From Rhina ancylostomus (taxonomy: Eukaryota), in assembly GCA_030265395.1 (NCBI GenBank), contig JARFYF010000002.1:34232868-34296867 (forward strand): a DNA stretch of 64,000 nucleotides, written 5' to 3'. This document shows positions 63,001 to 64,000 of the stretch, piece by piece. The position numbers were made by a program, and so were the translations under genes. Numbering within the stretch: position 1 is the first letter of the stretch; each line of letters begins with the position of its first letter. The notes beneath the pieces were generated by a model. That model had not been told where the DNA came from. It saw only the letters and a program-made list of their open reading frames with translations, and ran no database searches.

Positions 63001-64000
63001 CACAGTAAATCGACTATCAGAGTTTCTAGGCGTTAACTCAAAAAAACAATTGTCATCATTTAGCCCAGTGTAAAACGGCTTAATTTACTGACTGTGATCT
63101 AAGTTAGTGAATACTTGGCACACTTGAATCATGCACTGCTGTCAAGCGCAGTGTGTGCATCCTCTAAATCATCTTAGCGTGTTAGTGCGGTTTTAATTCG
63201 CTGTGGTCCCTGCCCTATTTATTGTCGAAACTTTAATTACTCTCGCTTAACATTCGTCAGTTTTCTCTCACCAGATAAAGCTTGTGTTCACCGTCTCCCA
63301 CCTAAATTCATATAAACAGGAGTACAAGACAAACATAGATCCAGCAACATAAGATATAGTCCATCTTACACCTCAGTGCAGGGAGAAAACTATAAAATCA
63401 GTACAAACGGAATTTTGTTTTGAGTAAAAGACAACTTTTAATTCTTAAAATCGGCTTTATATGTGTTAATGTACGTGTCAATAAACGGTAGTTCTTCCCT
63501 GAGTACAATTAGTAATGTTCATTATTCTAGGTACAAATTGCTGTTGTTGGTTCAGTCCAGTAATATGGGTACAGTTCATTTGTCTGGGCAAAGTTCACTG
63601 ACACAGACACAGTTCGTTACAGTACATGCAGTACAACGATATGCCATTACACTTTTTTTTGGTTGCATCCCTTTTTATGAGTGGGATGTTTGAAGCTTGC
63701 ATACTTCCACAGTATTCTCATTCTCAGTGGCTTGTTCCAGAGGTTTGTGGCCCAGGGTGCGAGCACCGTCCTCCGAAGCAAGCAGAGGACATGCGACCTG
63801 AGTCGGAGCTACAGTTGCAATCAGATAATTTCCGTCTCTCAAAGCACAGCTTCCACCATCATTCAGCGACAATGCTTGAGCTTGAAGCTTCGTCAGTGCG
63901 GCTACCCTGCCTCTTAAGCCATTCAGAGAGGATCCAGCGACCTTTGGAGAGAAACATGAAACCCAGAGTGTGGACACTCATTGAGATATTATAATGCAAT

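Overview
Eukaryotic genomic DNA from a vertebrate. The repeat families (V-SINE, Deu-domain SINE, CR1, Rex1-type, L2/Crack-type, RTE, Penelope-like) point to a cartilaginous fish, probably a ray; this is inferred from remembered consensus sequences, not a search. The draft assembly has many N gaps. There is one clear protein-coding gene: an intronless class III POU transcription factor, POU3F2/BRN2 (25956-27110, minus strand, 384 aa). It sits in a CpG island with a CCAAT/TCF-type promoter. The rest is gene desert. TE-dense, CpG-depleted blocks (about 6-13 kb and 31-48 kb) alternate with TE-poor, CpG-retaining blocks (about 13.5-31 kb and 49-64 kb) that look like regulatory territory. The most notable non-standard signals are: (1) minimal hammerhead-ribozyme motifs in Penelope-like termini, best preserved at 30010-30047; (2) an old, degenerate 30-bp tandem array across about 39.1-50.5 kb that reads as a DSETEIKPEP-like decapeptide and hosts nested TEs, including a decayed Gypsy pol; (3) a near-perfect 79-bp palindrome at 2725-2803; (4) V-SINEs with swapped LINE tails; (5) a duplicated ETS-containing 28-bp element upstream of POU3F2. 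No novel multi-gene system is supported. TE boundaries and family names are approximate, by-eye calls.
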